Virus record (IMG/VR): IMGVR_UViG_3300020477_001468
Coordinates: 11,022-75,021 of that record
Length of the DNA stretch: 64,000 bases
Reading direction: 5' to 3' (one strand)
Source of the DNA: a virus
Shown here: positions 50,192-60,320 of the stretch, piece after piece
How the letters are laid out: the number at the start of each line of letters is the position of its first letter
Position numbering within the stretch: position 1 is the stretch's first letter
Notes under the pieces: generated by a model
What the model saw: the letters and a program-made list of their open reading frames with translations, nothing else
The model's database searches: none
What the model was told of the DNA's origin: nothing
Made by a program: the position numbers and the translations under genes

Positions 50192-50627
50192 GGCTTATAA
50201 AGGAAAGTATAAATTAATAAACAGACCTAAATATAAAGGTAATCCTATAAACATTATTTATAGAAGTTCGTGGGAACGAAATTTTATGGTTTATTGTGAT
50301 ACAAATCCTAATGTTATACAATGGTCTAGTGAGGAAATACGTATACCTTATCGTTCACCTATTGATCGAAAGGTACATACTTATTACCCTGACTTTTGGA
50401 TGAAAGTAAAGAAACATGATGATAGTATACAACAGCTGGTAATAGAAATAAAACCCAAAATACAAACAAAACCTCCAAGATTAACAAAGGGTAAAGACAA
50501 ACGATACCTAATTGAAGTAAAAAGATGGGGTGTTAATCAAGCCAAATGGGAAGCTGCTGAAAAGTATTGTAAACAAAAAAAATGGATGTTCAAACTAATA
50601 ACCGAGAATGAATTAAAGACTAAATAA
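50190..50627 (+). CDS. gp4: Head completion nuclease gp4
   Basis: YKG...I.YRSSWE, WSSEE..IPY, YYPDF, EIKP, N.AKW.AA. Confidence 0.95.
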   Translation: MAYKGKYKLINRPKYKGNPINIIYRSSWERNFMVYCDTNPNVIQWSSEEIRIPYRSPIDRKVHTYYPDFWMKVKKHDDSIQQLVIEIKPKIQTKPPRLTKGKDKRYLIEVKRWGVNQAKWEAAEKYCKQKKWMFKLITENELKTK

Positions 50628-50630
50628 TAC

Positions 50631-51233
50631 ATGGCAAGTAGTTTAAGAAATCTTAGCGTTTCAGTAGGCTCATCAGAATTTAGACAAAATACTGCTAATG
50701 CTTTAAATTGGTTACATGAAAAATACCAACTATTAATTGGTACTAAACTTAATAGAAAAAGAATACTAGAGGAATCTCCTAATGTACCTAGACCTTTTGT
50801 AGGTCGAATGTACATGTTTAGGTATTTACCAAAAACACGTCAAAAATTACCATATTATGATATGTGTCCTTTAGTAATTCCAATTGAGGCTTATGGTGCA
50901 AATGAAATGCTTGGAATAAATTTTCATTATCTACCTTATCGTATGAGAACAAAATTAATGAGTCATATGTTAGAAAAAGTTGATTTTGTAAGAGAAGGTA
51001 ATGAGCATTTTAACTTTCAATATAAACACATTAAAGGTGTTGCGCGATATAGAAATGCAATACCTTGTATACATCGTTATGATTTAACAAAGGTAACATC
51101 CAAATTGATTAAAATAGCAGCTGATGATTGGATGACAGCACTTTATCTTCCTGTTGAACAATTCGTGAAACAAGATAAGCGATATGTGTGGGGACAAAGT
51201 CGTAAAATGGTTCAAGGAATGCAAGGAGGATAA
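50631..51233 (+). CDS. gp2: DNA end protector gp2
   Basis: GRMYMF.Y.PK...LPYYD..PL, GINFHYLP, W..AL.LPVEQF. Confidence 0.92.
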   Translation: MASSLRNLSVSVGSSEFRQNTANALNWLHEKYQLLIGTKLNRKRILEESPNVPRPFVGRMYMFRYLPKTRQKLPYYDMCPLVIPIEAYGANEMLGINFHYLPYRMRTKLMSHMLEKVDFVREGNEHFNFQYKHIKGVARYRNAIPCIHRYDLTKVTSKLIKIAADDWMTALYLPVEQFVKQDKRYVWGQSRKMVQGMQGG

Positions 51234-51823
51234 TGTCAAATTTTTCTTTTAATATAGAATCTTTCCAAAAAGTATTAACAATGAGAGGAGGGCTTCAACA
51301 GCCCAATAGATACTCTGTTTATATTTCACAACCACAAGCTGGTGAAATGGATTCTGAGACAGCTAAAGATATACCCTATTTGGCAGAAGCATTAACTTTT
51401 CCAGGTAGATCTATCGCTACTGCAGATTATAAAACCTATGGTCCAGTAACAAAAATTGGTAGAGAAAGCATATATGCTGATATGTCCATAACTTTTATGC
51501 TTACTGCAGATATGGCTATTAGAGAGTATTTTGATCGATGGTTAAATCTAGTACAAAATGATAGAACATATGATCCAAACTATATTGATGATTATGCTGG
51601 AGATATATACATTGGCCAGTTAAATGCTGAAGATGAAGAAAGAATATTATCTGGATCAGCTGATGCACAGTATTTTTCATATGCACAAAAGATTGAAGAT
51701 GCTTTTCCTACCTCTGTTGGAGATATCACATTAGGGCATGCAGAAAATAATACTTATGGGAAATTATTAGTTAATTTTACATATCGAAGATCAATAAATT
51801 TGAATCTTACACCACCATATTAG
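51233..51823 (+). CDS. gp54: Baseplate tail-tube initiator gp54-like
   Basis: GG...PNRY.V, FPGR, R.YFD.W, AFP..V....L, V.FTYR. Confidence 0.8.
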   Translation: MSNFSFNIESFQKVLTMRGGLQQPNRYSVYISQPQAGEMDSETAKDIPYLAEALTFPGRSIATADYKTYGPVTKIGRESIYADMSITFMLTADMAIREYFDRWLNLVQNDRTYDPNYIDDYAGDIYIGQLNAEDEERILSGSADAQYFSYAQKIEDAFPTSVGDITLGHAENNTYGKLLVNFTYRRSINLNLTPPY

Positions 51824-51847
51824 AATATGAATGAGGATGATTAAATT

Positions 51848-52576
51848 ATGGCTTTACCAAAACTGAATACCCCCACATATAAAATTAAATTACATTCTAT
51901 AGATCATGAAATTTCATATAGACCTTTTCTTGTAAAAGAAGAAAAGATATTGTTAATGGCTATAGAATCTAAAAATGACGAAACAATGTTACAGGCAATT
52001 CGTCAAATAATAAACAATTGCTGTACTGATGTGAAGAAAATAAAAATTGAATCATTACCGTTATTTGATTTAGAATATTGGTTTTTACATCTACGTGCTA
52101 AATCTGTAGGAGAAAGTGTTAAATTAATGCTACCGTGTGCAAAATGTGAAAGCAATGTACCAGTAGATTTTAACATAAATGATGTAGCACTACAACTTGA
52201 TGATGATCATTCACCTCTTGTTAAATTAACGGATACTGTTTCCATAAAAATGGCATATCCAAATATTAAACAATTTTCTTCATTTACTACGCAGGATACA
52301 ACAAAAGTGACAGATAAAATGTTTAGTTTAATAAGAGATTGTACTGAGAGTATTATAGAAGGTGATAAGATTTTTGAAGCTAAATTACAAACTAAAACTG
52401 AACTTGATGAGTTTGTACAATCACTCAATCAAGAACAATTTCGTAAAGTAATAGGTTTTTTTGATACAATGCCTAAATTACGGCATACATTAAATTATCA
52501 GTGTACAAAAGAAGGCTGTGATGAACGTACTACATATACTATTCAAGGATTAGAGAATTTTTTTTTATCGCCATGA
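51848..52576 (+). CDS. gp26: Baseplate hub assembly protein gp26
   Basis: MALPKL..P.Y, YRPFLVKEEKILL, FDLEY.FL.LRAKSVGE, FF.TMPKL. Confidence 0.92.
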   Translation: MALPKLNTPTYKIKLHSIDHEISYRPFLVKEEKILLMAIESKNDETMLQAIRQIINNCCTDVKKIKIESLPLFDLEYWFLHLRAKSVGESVKLMLPCAKCESNVPVDFNINDVALQLDDDHSPLVKLTDTVSIKMAYPNIKQFSSFTTQDTTKVTDKMFSLIRDCTESIIEGDKIFEAKLQTKTELDEFVQSLNQEQFRKVIGFFDTMPKLRHTLNYQCTKEGCDERTTYTIQGLENFFLSP

Positions 52577-52761
52577 TTCATAATTCATTAGCAAACTATT
52601 ATAAAACAATGTTTGCTTTGAAGATACATCATAGTTTTGATATGGCTTATGTAGAAAATTTAATACCATTTGAACTTGAAGTGTACACAACATTATTAAT
52701 GCAATATATTGAAGAAGAGAATGATAGAATTAAACGACAACAACAACAAATGAACCATTAA
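52573..52761 (+). CDS. gp51: Baseplate hub assembly catalyst gp51
   Basis: L.NYYKT.FAL..HH, ENLIPFE.EVY..LL. Confidence 0.88.
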   Translation: MIHNSLANYYKTMFALKIHHSFDMAYVENLIPFELEVYTTLLMQYIEEENDRIKRQQQQMNH

Positions 52762-52769
52762 GGATAATA

Positions 52770-55220
52770 ATGGCAGAAGACTTATCGGGTCTAATCAAAT
52801 CATTTCAACAGGCTTCTGAAGAGCAGACCACAGAAACAAAAAAACAAACTGAGCATCTCGATGTAAGTAATATATCGCTAGACAAACTTTCTCATGGACT
52901 TGAAAACATAAGTGAGCGATCTCATCGACAAGCCTTATATTTGGAACAAGCCAATTTATTACAAAATAAACTGGCTGGTACAATGGAAAAATTATTAATG
53001 GCTACTCAGACCCAAGAACTAGGTACTGGTAAACATGATGAAAATATACTTACTAGGTTGTCGGAGATTGAACGTCAAACAGTAGAAAGTGCAACTTTAG
53101 ATCCTAAAGAACATGCAGAATTATTAGGGGATATAAGAGAATCATTAAAAGCAGGTCAACTCTCATTAAGCGAAAAATTAGAACGATTTTGGGTTAATAA
53201 TGTTAAGGTGTGGGGTAATCTTGGTGACAGTGTTAAAAGAATATTTGGGGCTAATATATTTGAACAAAAAAGAAAGAAGATAATAGAAGAACAGGAAGCA
53301 CGCACTAGAGAATTACAAGAAGAAAGTTTTACAGTATCTGCCCTAACTCATAAGCTGTTAGCAACTGATATGATTACTGAATTGCAAACTCAAACAGATC
53401 TTATGATGGAAATGTTAGATAGAACTCCTACTGATGCCGAGCGAGAAGAAGCTGAAATGGAAGCTAGAAGAAGAAGGCGAATGGAGCAAAATCAGGCTAA
53501 TCTTGTAGCAACCCGTGGCGGCAGACCGGGTGGTCCAGGACTTCCTGGTGGTGATGATGGTGGTGGTCTTTTTGGTTGGGTAGGCAGTGCAATAATGGGC
53601 TGGCTTGGAGGAAAAGAATTGCTTAGAAGCGTCAAAAATATGGGTGGTTTTAAAAACTTTGTGAAAACTAAATTTCTAGGAATGTCAAATACTGCAGCAA
53701 GAGGTGCGATGTTAACAGCTGGAGAAGCATTAACGACACAGCCAGGTATGACTGGTAAACCACCACGATGGAGTGTAAAAGATCCAATTACTAAAAAGTT
53801 TGTTTCAAGAGCTAGAGCAATTCAATTAGGATTAGTAGATGATACTGGACGAGTTATATTAAACAGTACTGATGATGCACTTAAAGCTACAAGAGGAGCA
53901 AAAGGATTGCTTGATGTTGGAAAAGCATCTAAAACTGTTATGGATGGTATGAAAACAATAACTGGTACAGCACTTGGAAGAGTAATGCCAGTTTTTGCTG
54001 GAATCTCAGCAACAATTGCAACTGGTAAAGATATTTTTGATATTCACAGTGCTATGACAGATGATGATATTAGAACAGCTGTTCAATGGGAAGATATAGG
54101 AGGAGTAGCAGGTAGTATTGTTGGTGGAGCAGTTGGTTTTATTTTTGGTGGTCCAGCTGGTGCTGCATTAGCTGCTGATTTAGGTAATACAATTGGTGGA
54201 AGTGTAGGTGATCTTTTTGATGATCCAAATATCAAGAAAAATTTGGATGAGACTTTAGAGCAGATGAGAGAAAAAGTTGAAAAAGCAACTGGTGCTCGAA
54301 AAGAAATAGAACAGAAAAAATTAGATGATTTTGAAAAAGCTATAGACGCCGAACGTGAAGCATTGCTAACGACCGATGCAAAAATGGATGCAAAGGTAGA
54401 AGAGATACGATTATTAAAAGAACAAAGAGACGAAGCAATAGAACAAGGTGATCTTTATAATCAAGCATTATTAGAAGCAAAACTAATAAAAGCAGAATCA
54501 GAGCAACAACGACTTAATAGGATAAGACAAGAAAATGTAGAAGAACTTAAAGCGGCAATGCGAGACACTTTAACAGCTGAAGGAATAAGAGCTTCTGAAG
54601 AAACTGGTTTCTTTGAAGAACTCGCACAAGGTAAAGGACCTCTTGCTCGTATGGCCAGTCTATTTGCAGATGATGATGCTAGGAGTCAACTAGAAGGAAA
54701 AATACTCGCCCTTGATGCTGTAGAAGAAGAAGTATTTGAACAAGCAAATACAAGAAAAAAGAAAGAAATGGAGGCGATCAAGAAGCAGTCAAAGGAACTT
54801 GAAAACGCATGGTACAACCAAGAAGAGCAAACAGAAGAAGGTTTACAGGAATACCTAAAAAAGCAAGCTAACTTAATTAAAGAGATGGAACAGGTTGCTG
54901 TAATGGGTACTGCTCTTGAAGAAGCAAGACTGAATGCATCAGATCCTATGGGTGTATTGTCGAAGAATCAAGGAATGATTAGAGCAAAGTCAATTGAAAT
55001 GGCTATGCAAAAGAGATTAGAAACCTTATTAACATTGACAGCAGAACGAGATGAAATGAAAACTAAAATGGGTCTCAACGCTACACAACCTGCCGGTCCA
55101 ACCATTATCGATAATGCCAAAACCATTATAACTCAAACCACTAAAAAAGTCACTAATAGCATAGCAACAGGTGCAAAAGAAATAAAATTAGCAGCGGCAG
55201 TAGCACTAGAGAGTGATTAA
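52770..55220 (+). CDS. Tail length/baseplate hub protein (gp29-like tape measure)
   Basis: Long helical protein with Gly-rich GGPAGAA segment; follows gp26-gp51. Confidence 0.65.
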   Translation: MAEDLSGLIKSFQQASEEQTTETKKQTEHLDVSNISLDKLSHGLENISERSHRQALYLEQANLLQNKLAGTMEKLLMATQTQELGTGKHDENILTRLSEIERQTVESATLDPKEHAELLGDIRESLKAGQLSLSEKLERFWVNNVKVWGNLGDSVKRIFGANIFEQKRKKIIEEQEARTRELQEESFTVSALTHKLLATDMITELQTQTDLMMEMLDRTPTDAEREEAEMEARRRRRMEQNQANLVATRGGRPGGPGLPGGDDGGGLFGWVGSAIMGWLGGKELLRSVKNMGGFKNFVKTKFLGMSNTAARGAMLTAGEALTTQPGMTGKPPRWSVKDPITKKFVSRARAIQLGLVDDTGRVILNSTDDALKATRGAKGLLDVGKASKTVMDGMKTITGTALGRVMPVFAGISATIATGKDIFDIHSAMTDDDIRTAVQWEDIGGVAGSIVGGAVGFIFGGPAGAALAADLGNTIGGSVGDLFDDPNIKKNLDETLEQMREKVEKATGARKEIEQKKLDDFEKAIDAEREALLTTDAKMDAKVEEIRLLKEQRDEAIEQGDLYNQALLEAKLIKAESEQQRLNRIRQENVEELKAAMRDTLTAEGIRASEETGFFEELAQGKGPLARMASLFADDDARSQLEGKILALDAVEEEVFEQANTRKKKEMEAIKKQSKELENAWYNQEEQTEEGLQEYLKKQANLIKEMEQVAVMGTALEEARLNASDPMGVLSKNQGMIRAKSIEMAMQKRLETLLTLTAERDEMKTKMGLNATQPAGPTIIDNAKTIITQTTKKVTNSIATGAKEIKLAAAVALESD

Positions 55221-55231
55221 TGGAATAGTAA

Positions 55232-55252
55232 TGGGCTGCATATAGCAGCCCA
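55232..55252. terminator. Hairpin between convergent genes (probable terminator)
   Basis: TGGGCTGC-ATATA-GCAGCCCA. Confidence 0.7.
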
Positions 55253-55260
55253 AATAAATC

Positions 55261-56160
55261 TTACTCTTCGTCAGCTAATTTTGCAAAGTATGACATTGAA
55301 TCTTGATCACCAGATCCTTCATCAAAATCCTCACTAACTGCTGGCGTTATAGGAGCCTGTATAGGCTTAGTTGGAAGAACTTCTTCTTCAGCAGTCATTG
55401 CAGCTGTTAAAGTATTAACAGCACCCAAATTTAAAACTTTATCAAGTCTTGCAGAGAGATCTTCATAAGATTTAAAATTGTCTGGAAGCAAGAAATCTTG
55501 AAGTTTATACTGTGTTTTCCACAGTTCCTCAAGTTTTGCATCATCTCCATCCATGAATGCTGAAGGTGTATTAAATTCAGATTTATCATAATTTGTAAAT
55601 CCTTCAACTTTCCTGATTTTTAATTTAAAATCAGCACCTTCCCAAAAATCAAATGGATTGACTGGAGATTCATCTTCAAACTCCGGATTCATAAGATCAT
55701 TAATCTTATCAAAAATTTTCTTACCATATTTAAATAAGAAAACTTTACCTTCATTTTCTGGATGTTTAGAATCTTCTAATACCATAACATTAGAAATGTA
55801 TGACAAACGTCTTTTTTGTTTACGAGCTAAATCTTTATTAGCTTCAATCCCGGAATTCCAAAGACTGGAATTGTATTCTGAAACAGGATCTTTCTTACCA
55901 AGAGTAGTAAGACTGTTTTCAATATACCAACCACCTGGACCTTGAAACCCATGATTAAACAAGCGAACCCATGGTAAATCTTCTCCTTCAACAGGAGGTA
56001 GAAATCTAATAACAGCATAACCATTACCCGATTTATCAAGTTCAGGTCTCCAAAACCTATCATCTTGACCTCTGGCTTCACCATTACCTATTTTTGTGAG
56101 TTCTTCGTTAAGGCGGGAAAAATTATTTTTACGTTGTTTCTTCATATTTGCGAACGACAT
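55261..56160 (-). CDS. gp32: Single-stranded DNA-binding protein gp32
   Basis: DDRFW....DK.GNGYAVIRFLP, WYIENSLTT, GKVFLFKYGKKIFDK, acidic tail SYFAKLA. Confidence 0.97.
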   Translation of the reverse strand: MSFANMKKQRKNNFSRLNEELTKIGNGEARGQDDRFWRPELDKSGNGYAVIRFLPPVEGEDLPWVRLFNHGFQGPGGWYIENSLTTLGKKDPVSEYNSSLWNSGIEANKDLARKQKRRLSYISNVMVLEDSKHPENEGKVFLFKYGKKIFDKINDLMNPEFEDESPVNPFDFWEGADFKLKIRKVEGFTNYDKSEFNTPSAFMDGDDAKLEELWKTQYKLQDFLLPDNFKSYEDLSARLDKVLNLGAVNTLTAAMTAEEEVLPTKPIQAPITPAVSEDFDEGSGDQDSMSYFAKLADEE

Positions 56161-56218
56161 ATTACTCCTTATTATTCGTTGTATTAATTAGTATCCACAT
56201 TATTCATTCTATAACTAT

Positions 56219-56247
56219 AGTATACGATATATTTAAATAAAAGTCAA
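56219..56247 (-). promoter_or_regulatory. Sigma70-type promoter for gp32
   Basis: TTGACT-17 bp-TATACT. Confidence 0.75.
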
Positions 56248-56858
56248 GCACAATTATATAACATTGTTGACATGACCTTATTATATTTATGTACATCATA
56301 TTCCAAAAAAGGCCTATAATTTTTACACTTCGTAAATAAATCAGGCCAAATAACAGTCTCAGAAAGCTGACTGTTAAACTTTATAGCAAATTTTAAAATG
56401 CTATTTAAAATAATAAATGTTTCTAAATTGATTTTTTTAGCTAATAACAATTTTAATATTGGTGGATGTTGACCATTCTTCACTATAAAAATATTATCAA
56501 AAGATTCACTTAAATTATCACTTCCTACAAAATTAAATAAAACATTACAATCTGTTTTAAAAGTATATTGTAAACTTTCAATCTTTTTTAACCAACTTTT
56601 ATAAGTGGTAGTACATTCTGGTGTTAATGCATCACCTATCCACATTTTATCGTTTTCAACAAAATTAGAAACAAAAAAATGTTCAACTTGCTCTTTATTA
56701 TAAATTCGTGATATTTTTTTGAAAAAGAATTGATCTCTACGTTTTTGATAACTGGTAAGAGTTGCATTTACTTTACCGTTATATTTCACATAATCATAAT
56801 CACTAGTAAAATGTAATTTCAGAGCAAGGTATATTTTATAAACCTCGAAATCTGTCAA
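56244..56858 (-). CDS. gp59: Helicase loader gp59
   Basis: YK.YLALKLHF...YDY.KY.GK, RRD..FF.K, GQHP.IL, I.LET. Confidence 0.92.
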   Translation of the reverse strand: MTDFEVYKIYLALKLHFTSDYDYVKYNGKVNATLTSYQKRRDQFFFKKISRIYNKEQVEHFFVSNFVENDKMWIGDALTPECTTTYKSWLKKIESLQYTFKTDCNVLFNFVGSDNLSESFDNIFIVKNGQHPPILKLLLAKKINLETFIILNSILKFAIKFNSQLSETVIWPDLFTKCKNYRPFLEYDVHKYNKVMSTMLYNCA

Positions 56859-57079
56859 ATGGGTAACCTTGCTGATTTAGCAATAAAGTGCAAATCTTCT
56901 GCTTCTTTACGCAATTGTCGTTTTAAGTCTGTACCTATTAATCTTTTTACTGTATCAAACTCTAAATTATTCATCTCACAATAAGCTAAAATAGCATCTA
57001 AACACGACATGTAAGGTAATAAATCCTTTACACCTGCATTAAAATGTTCAGGTGTATGTACTTTTAACTCAACCTCCAT
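56855..57079 (-). CDS. gp33: Late transcription coactivator gp33
   Basis: LDAIL.YCE.N.LE...V..LI...LK..L..EA..L.F; ATG at 57079 has a GGAG RBS. Confidence 0.85.
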   Translation of the reverse strand: MEVELKVHTPEHFNAGVKDLLPYMSCLDAILAYCEMNNLEFDTVKRLIGTDLKRQLRKEAEDLHFIAKSARLPI

Positions 57080-57539
57080 AGTCTCCAGTATACATGGAAA
57101 GTGTTTCCGCCTTTGCAAGTATGAGGTGTGCAAATCTTGTGCCATATCGAATCCTTGTTAAACCGCCAATATTATATAAAGTAGCACCAATATAATCCCG
57201 AAAACCACTATCATACACAGAACTAACAATAAACACGCCATTCCTGTTAAAAGTAGATCGGCCTAATACAATGCCAATTTCACCTTCTCCCATTTCAATG
57301 TATTGATTAGAGTCAATAGCATAACACCCTCCTTTTTCAAGTTCCCAATAACCATCTTTATCTTTTGGAACTTCTACTTGCTTTCGATGTGCTTTACTTT
57401 CTTCATCAATACTGAATTCTCCTGAACCAATACGCATAACAGATTGTACTCTCAAATCTATTGTATTTGGTTGTATCATATCATTGTCAATATTATTGAC
57501 AAGAGTTTTATTTTCTTTACCTGCTGGATGGATAAACAT
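57069..57539 (-). CDS. dCTP deaminase/dUTPase superfamily protein
   Basis: QPNTIDLR, RSTFNRNG, YDSGF. Confidence 0.85.
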   Translation of the reverse strand: MFIHPAGKENKTLVNNIDNDMIQPNTIDLRVQSVMRIGSGEFSIDEESKAHRKQVEVPKDKDGYWELEKGGCYAIDSNQYIEMGEGEIGIVLGRSTFNRNGVFIVSSVYDSGFRDYIGATLYNIGGLTRIRYGTRFAHLILAKAETLSMYTGDYGG

Positions 57540-58080
57540 TAAATCTCCCTTGGATCATAGTATCAATATTTTTTCTAAATTGATCCAGATCACGTGTAGA
57601 ATTATCTATAATATAATCACATTGGCTATCATCAAAGCCAACTTCTGTTACATGCTTGTCTGTATTAGGTTTACCTGTTTTAATCTTAACGATAAATGCA
57701 TCTAATCTTTTTAAACAAACATATTCATGGTCCATTCTTAAATCAGTAACAACATAATTATACTTTTCAATATTTTTTGTTATTTCTGTTGTTACATAAT
57801 TTGTGAATTGGTCTTTATCATACGACAACATTAACATCCCAATCTCTCTCACAAGATGCCTACCATCTATAAGATGCTCACGACCAGGATGATTAAGCAT
57901 TAGCAAATTAGACCTTTTAACAATATCATATTCATAATCAGACTTTAACTGTAAAAGAAATTTAACTTGCTCTCTAATTGGATCTGCAAAAGCTATTCTT
58001 TTAAAGCTATAATCTTCAACCAAATAATCTGCTAAAGTATCTTTACCACCACCTCGTGGCCCAGCTAACCCTAAAATCAT
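57517..58080 (-). CDS. Deoxynucleoside monophosphate kinase (gp1-like)
   Basis: GLAGPRGGGKDT P-loop, AFADP, VTDLR..E, H.TE. Confidence 0.88.
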   Translation of the reverse strand: MILGLAGPRGGGKDTLADYLVEDYSFKRIAFADPIREQVKFLLQLKSDYEYDIVKRSNLLMLNHPGREHLIDGRHLVREIGMLMLSYDKDQFTNYVTTEITKNIEKYNYVVTDLRMDHEYVCLKRLDAFIVKIKTGKPNTDKHVTEVGFDDSQCDYIIDNSTRDLDQFRKNIDTMIQGRFNVYPSSR

Positions 58081-58901
58081 TTTACCAATTTGTTAATGTA
58101 ATCAATATTGTTTATTATAAGAGTTTCTTGTTTGTAAGTCAACGATTGTTTATGACCAAAATCTACTTCTTTTTCAAACTTACCATCAACTAACCCTGTA
58201 GGACTTTTATCAAAAGAAATATCATTTATACCAGCCCAAATGGCTGCACTAGAATCCCAACTAAAAATATAATGGTTGAATTCTTTAAGTAAAATTATTT
58301 CATTCGGTCCATCGACCATGCCCAAGCAATGAAATCTTTGGTAGGTTGAATCACCAGGCCGTCTACGCTCTTTAAGAAGCCTAAAGATTTCCCATCTCGA
58401 AAGATATCTTTGTAATCTGTTATTGCGTTCAACACCAAAAGCATTGGGAGTAGACAAAATACTAATACCGATAAGATCAATGTCTTTATTATCAATACCC
58501 CATTCAATTGACTGAAGTAATGACTCAACGTCACCAATTGGTCCTTGAGGAACATAAAATGTTTTGAACCCTGCATCTTTAAATTTTGGAATGAGTTCAA
58601 TAGCTGCATCACGTGTTTTCTCCCATGGTTCACCTGGATAATCTGACATAACAATATACTGAGCATTACATGCTCTTCCCATTTCCAACAACTTATCTGT
58701 TGGATACATAGGTTTGTTCTGCTTCCACATTTCGAAAGCAGAATTATCCATTATCTTTGGATTACCATCATTTAAGTTTTTGTAGAAATTTCGATACTGC
58801 CCATCTTCTTCAACTAGATGAGCAAGTATCAAATGTGCGGTATTATATTTGGCATAGTCATAAAGATATGCCGTAGGACATATATGTGCGAAATGTATCA
58901 T
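58077..58901 (-). CDS. TGT/DpdA-like transglycosylase
   Basis: IMDNSAFE, VPQG, HCLG, SWDSS match the TGT-fold D[SN]..F, H.[LF]G and S.DSS pattern; folE2 and queD-like genes nearby. Confidence 0.65.
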   Translation of the reverse strand: MIHFAHICPTAYLYDYAKYNTAHLILAHLVEEDGQYRNFYKNLNDGNPKIMDNSAFEMWKQNKPMYPTDKLLEMGRACNAQYIVMSDYPGEPWEKTRDAAIELIPKFKDAGFKTFYVPQGPIGDVESLLQSIEWGIDNKDIDLIGISILSTPNAFGVERNNRLQRYLSRWEIFRLLKERRRPGDSTYQRFHCLGMVDGPNEIILLKEFNHYIFSWDSSAAIWAGINDISFDKSPTGLVDGKFEKEVDFGHKQSLTYKQETLIINNIDYINKLVK

Positions 58902-59182
58902 TTTATCTTATTCCATTTTTTATTTTGATCATCTAGTTCACAATAATTAACACATGGTTCAAAAGATTTATTTTCCCAAGTATCACTTATTTTTTTAAAA
59001 TTGTCAACTGCATTTTTAAATTTTGATATATGCAAATTTTCAAATTCATCCCCATATAGTCTTTGTACTTCATATATATCTGGTCTATTACCTAACCAAC
59101 AACATGGTAATACATAACCTTCAGCACTAATGTATAAACTTGAATCTGGACCACTAAAGCAACATTTGCGATATCTCAACAT
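58898..59182 (-). CDS. Stand-alone SPASM/twitch domain protein
   Basis: C...YISAEGYVLPCCW...CVNYC. Confidence 0.85.
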   Translation of the reverse strand: MLRYRKCCFSGPDSSLYISAEGYVLPCCWLGNRPDIYEVQRLYGDEFENLHISKFKNAVDNFKKISDTWENKSFEPCVNYCELDDQNKKWNKIK

Positions 59183-59798
59183 CTTGTACCTTTATATCTG
59201 GAAAAAAAGATTCCGGAATAAAAGAAGATTTATAACTATCACTTAATTGTAATGTAATGTTATATTTTTTAATAATATCATATACCTCGAACAAATCATT
59301 TAAATTGTGATTAAATAAAATATATTTCCACTCAACGGATACAATGTTTTGTTTGAACATAACGTCCATAGCTTCTTGTATCTTTTTCCATTTTGCATTT
59401 ACTCTATAGATATGATTGGAATTTTCCATGCCATCAACACTGAATCTGTAAATATGTTTCCAATGTTGATTTTGTTTACATACATCTAAGTATTTTTTAT
59501 AAAAATTTGCATTTCTTATTGAGCTATTAGATTCAATTGTAATTGTAGATTTATTATCAATTGGTATTAAATTTTTACATATTATATTATATGCTTCAAT
59601 AAATTTTGAATGCATAAGAGGATCACCGAGATCTCCTCCAATCAATAAGTCTTGAGTAGGTCCAAAAACTTTACAAGATAATTTAATATCTTCCAAAGAT
59701 AGATCTGTTGTTTTTTCTGGAGGGAAATTTGTACGTGAACAACCATAACATGCAAGATTACATTTTGTTGTAATCTCTAATATATCATTTGTAGCCAT
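59154..59798 (-). CDS. Radical SAM enzyme (core domain only)
   Basis: CNLACYGC, GGDLGDP, FSVDG, YRVN..W, WKYILF.HN; paralogous to 14286 and 8273. Confidence 0.88.
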   Translation of the reverse strand: MATNDILEITTKCNLACYGCSRTNFPPEKTTDLSLEDIKLSCKVFGPTQDLLIGGDLGDPLMHSKFIEAYNIICKNLIPIDNKSTITIESNSSIRNANFYKKYLDVCKQNQHWKHIYRFSVDGMENSNHIYRVNAKWKKIQEAMDVMFKQNIVSVEWKYILFNHNLNDLFEVYDIIKKYNITLQLSDSYKSSFIPESFFPDIKVQDVEISQMLL

Positions 59799-59803
59799 AA
59801 TAT

Positions 59804-59823
59804 AGGGCTGCTTTCGCAGCCCT
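59804..59823. terminator. Hairpin (probable terminator)
   Basis: AGGGCTGC-TTTC-GCAGCCCT, i.e. a GAAA loop on -; T-rich flank on +. Confidence 0.7.
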
Positions 59824-59832
59824 TTATTTTAA

Positions 59833-60318
59833 TTAACTGAATAAACCTTTTATCCAAGATTTAGCTTTTTTACCTAAATTTTTTGCATCGTCAACAAATT
59901 TAGCAAACTTTGCATCACTAACAATTTCATCTATCATATCTTTTGCTATATCTGGTCCAATTGCTTTAACAATTTTTCCCATATCAATAACATCTAATTG
60001 AAGATGCTTCTTAATAACCTTTTCAACATGTTCTGGATTATTAGCTATAAATTGTAGAACTATTCGTATATCAGATTTATCATTAATATGATCTTCCAAA
60101 TAGTCTGCTATGTTAATTGACAATGCCTTTTGCATAGCAGCTTTAGTCTCTTCCATTAAATCATCAAAATAACGATTCAATTTATCATGACTACTAATAG
60201 CAGCGCTAATAATATCTTCTGCAGAACCAGATATTCCCTCATCTAATTGACTATCGAGATTGGTCCTACGAACATCTTTAATTGTTTTAATTAATGATTG
60301 TAGCTGGCGACTTTGCAT
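59833..60318 (-). CDS. Hypothetical protein, putative internal head protein
   Basis: N-terminus resembles that of 60894; LDE-G is a candidate prohead-protease site. Confidence 0.55.
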   Translation of the reverse strand: MQSRQLQSLIKTIKDVRRTNLDSQLDEGISGSAEDIISAAISSHDKLNRYFDDLMEETKAAMQKALSINIADYLEDHINDKSDIRIVLQFIANNPEHVEKVIKKHLQLDVIDMGKIVKAIGPDIAKDMIDEIVSDAKFAKFVDDAKNLGKKAKSWIKGLFS

Positions 60319-60320
60319 AA

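Noticed and set aside
59154-59798. rSAM next to the DpdA-like gene as QueE
   Set aside because: It lacks the QueE N-terminal QGEG/F.R..GC pattern, resembles island paralogs 14286 and 8273, and has a SPASM partner
58898-59798. Frameshift fusion or pseudogene for the second rSAM/SPASM pair
   Set aside because: The SPASM frame has a TAA shortly upstream of its own ATG, and the T-run would shift in the wrong direction; these look like two intact genes
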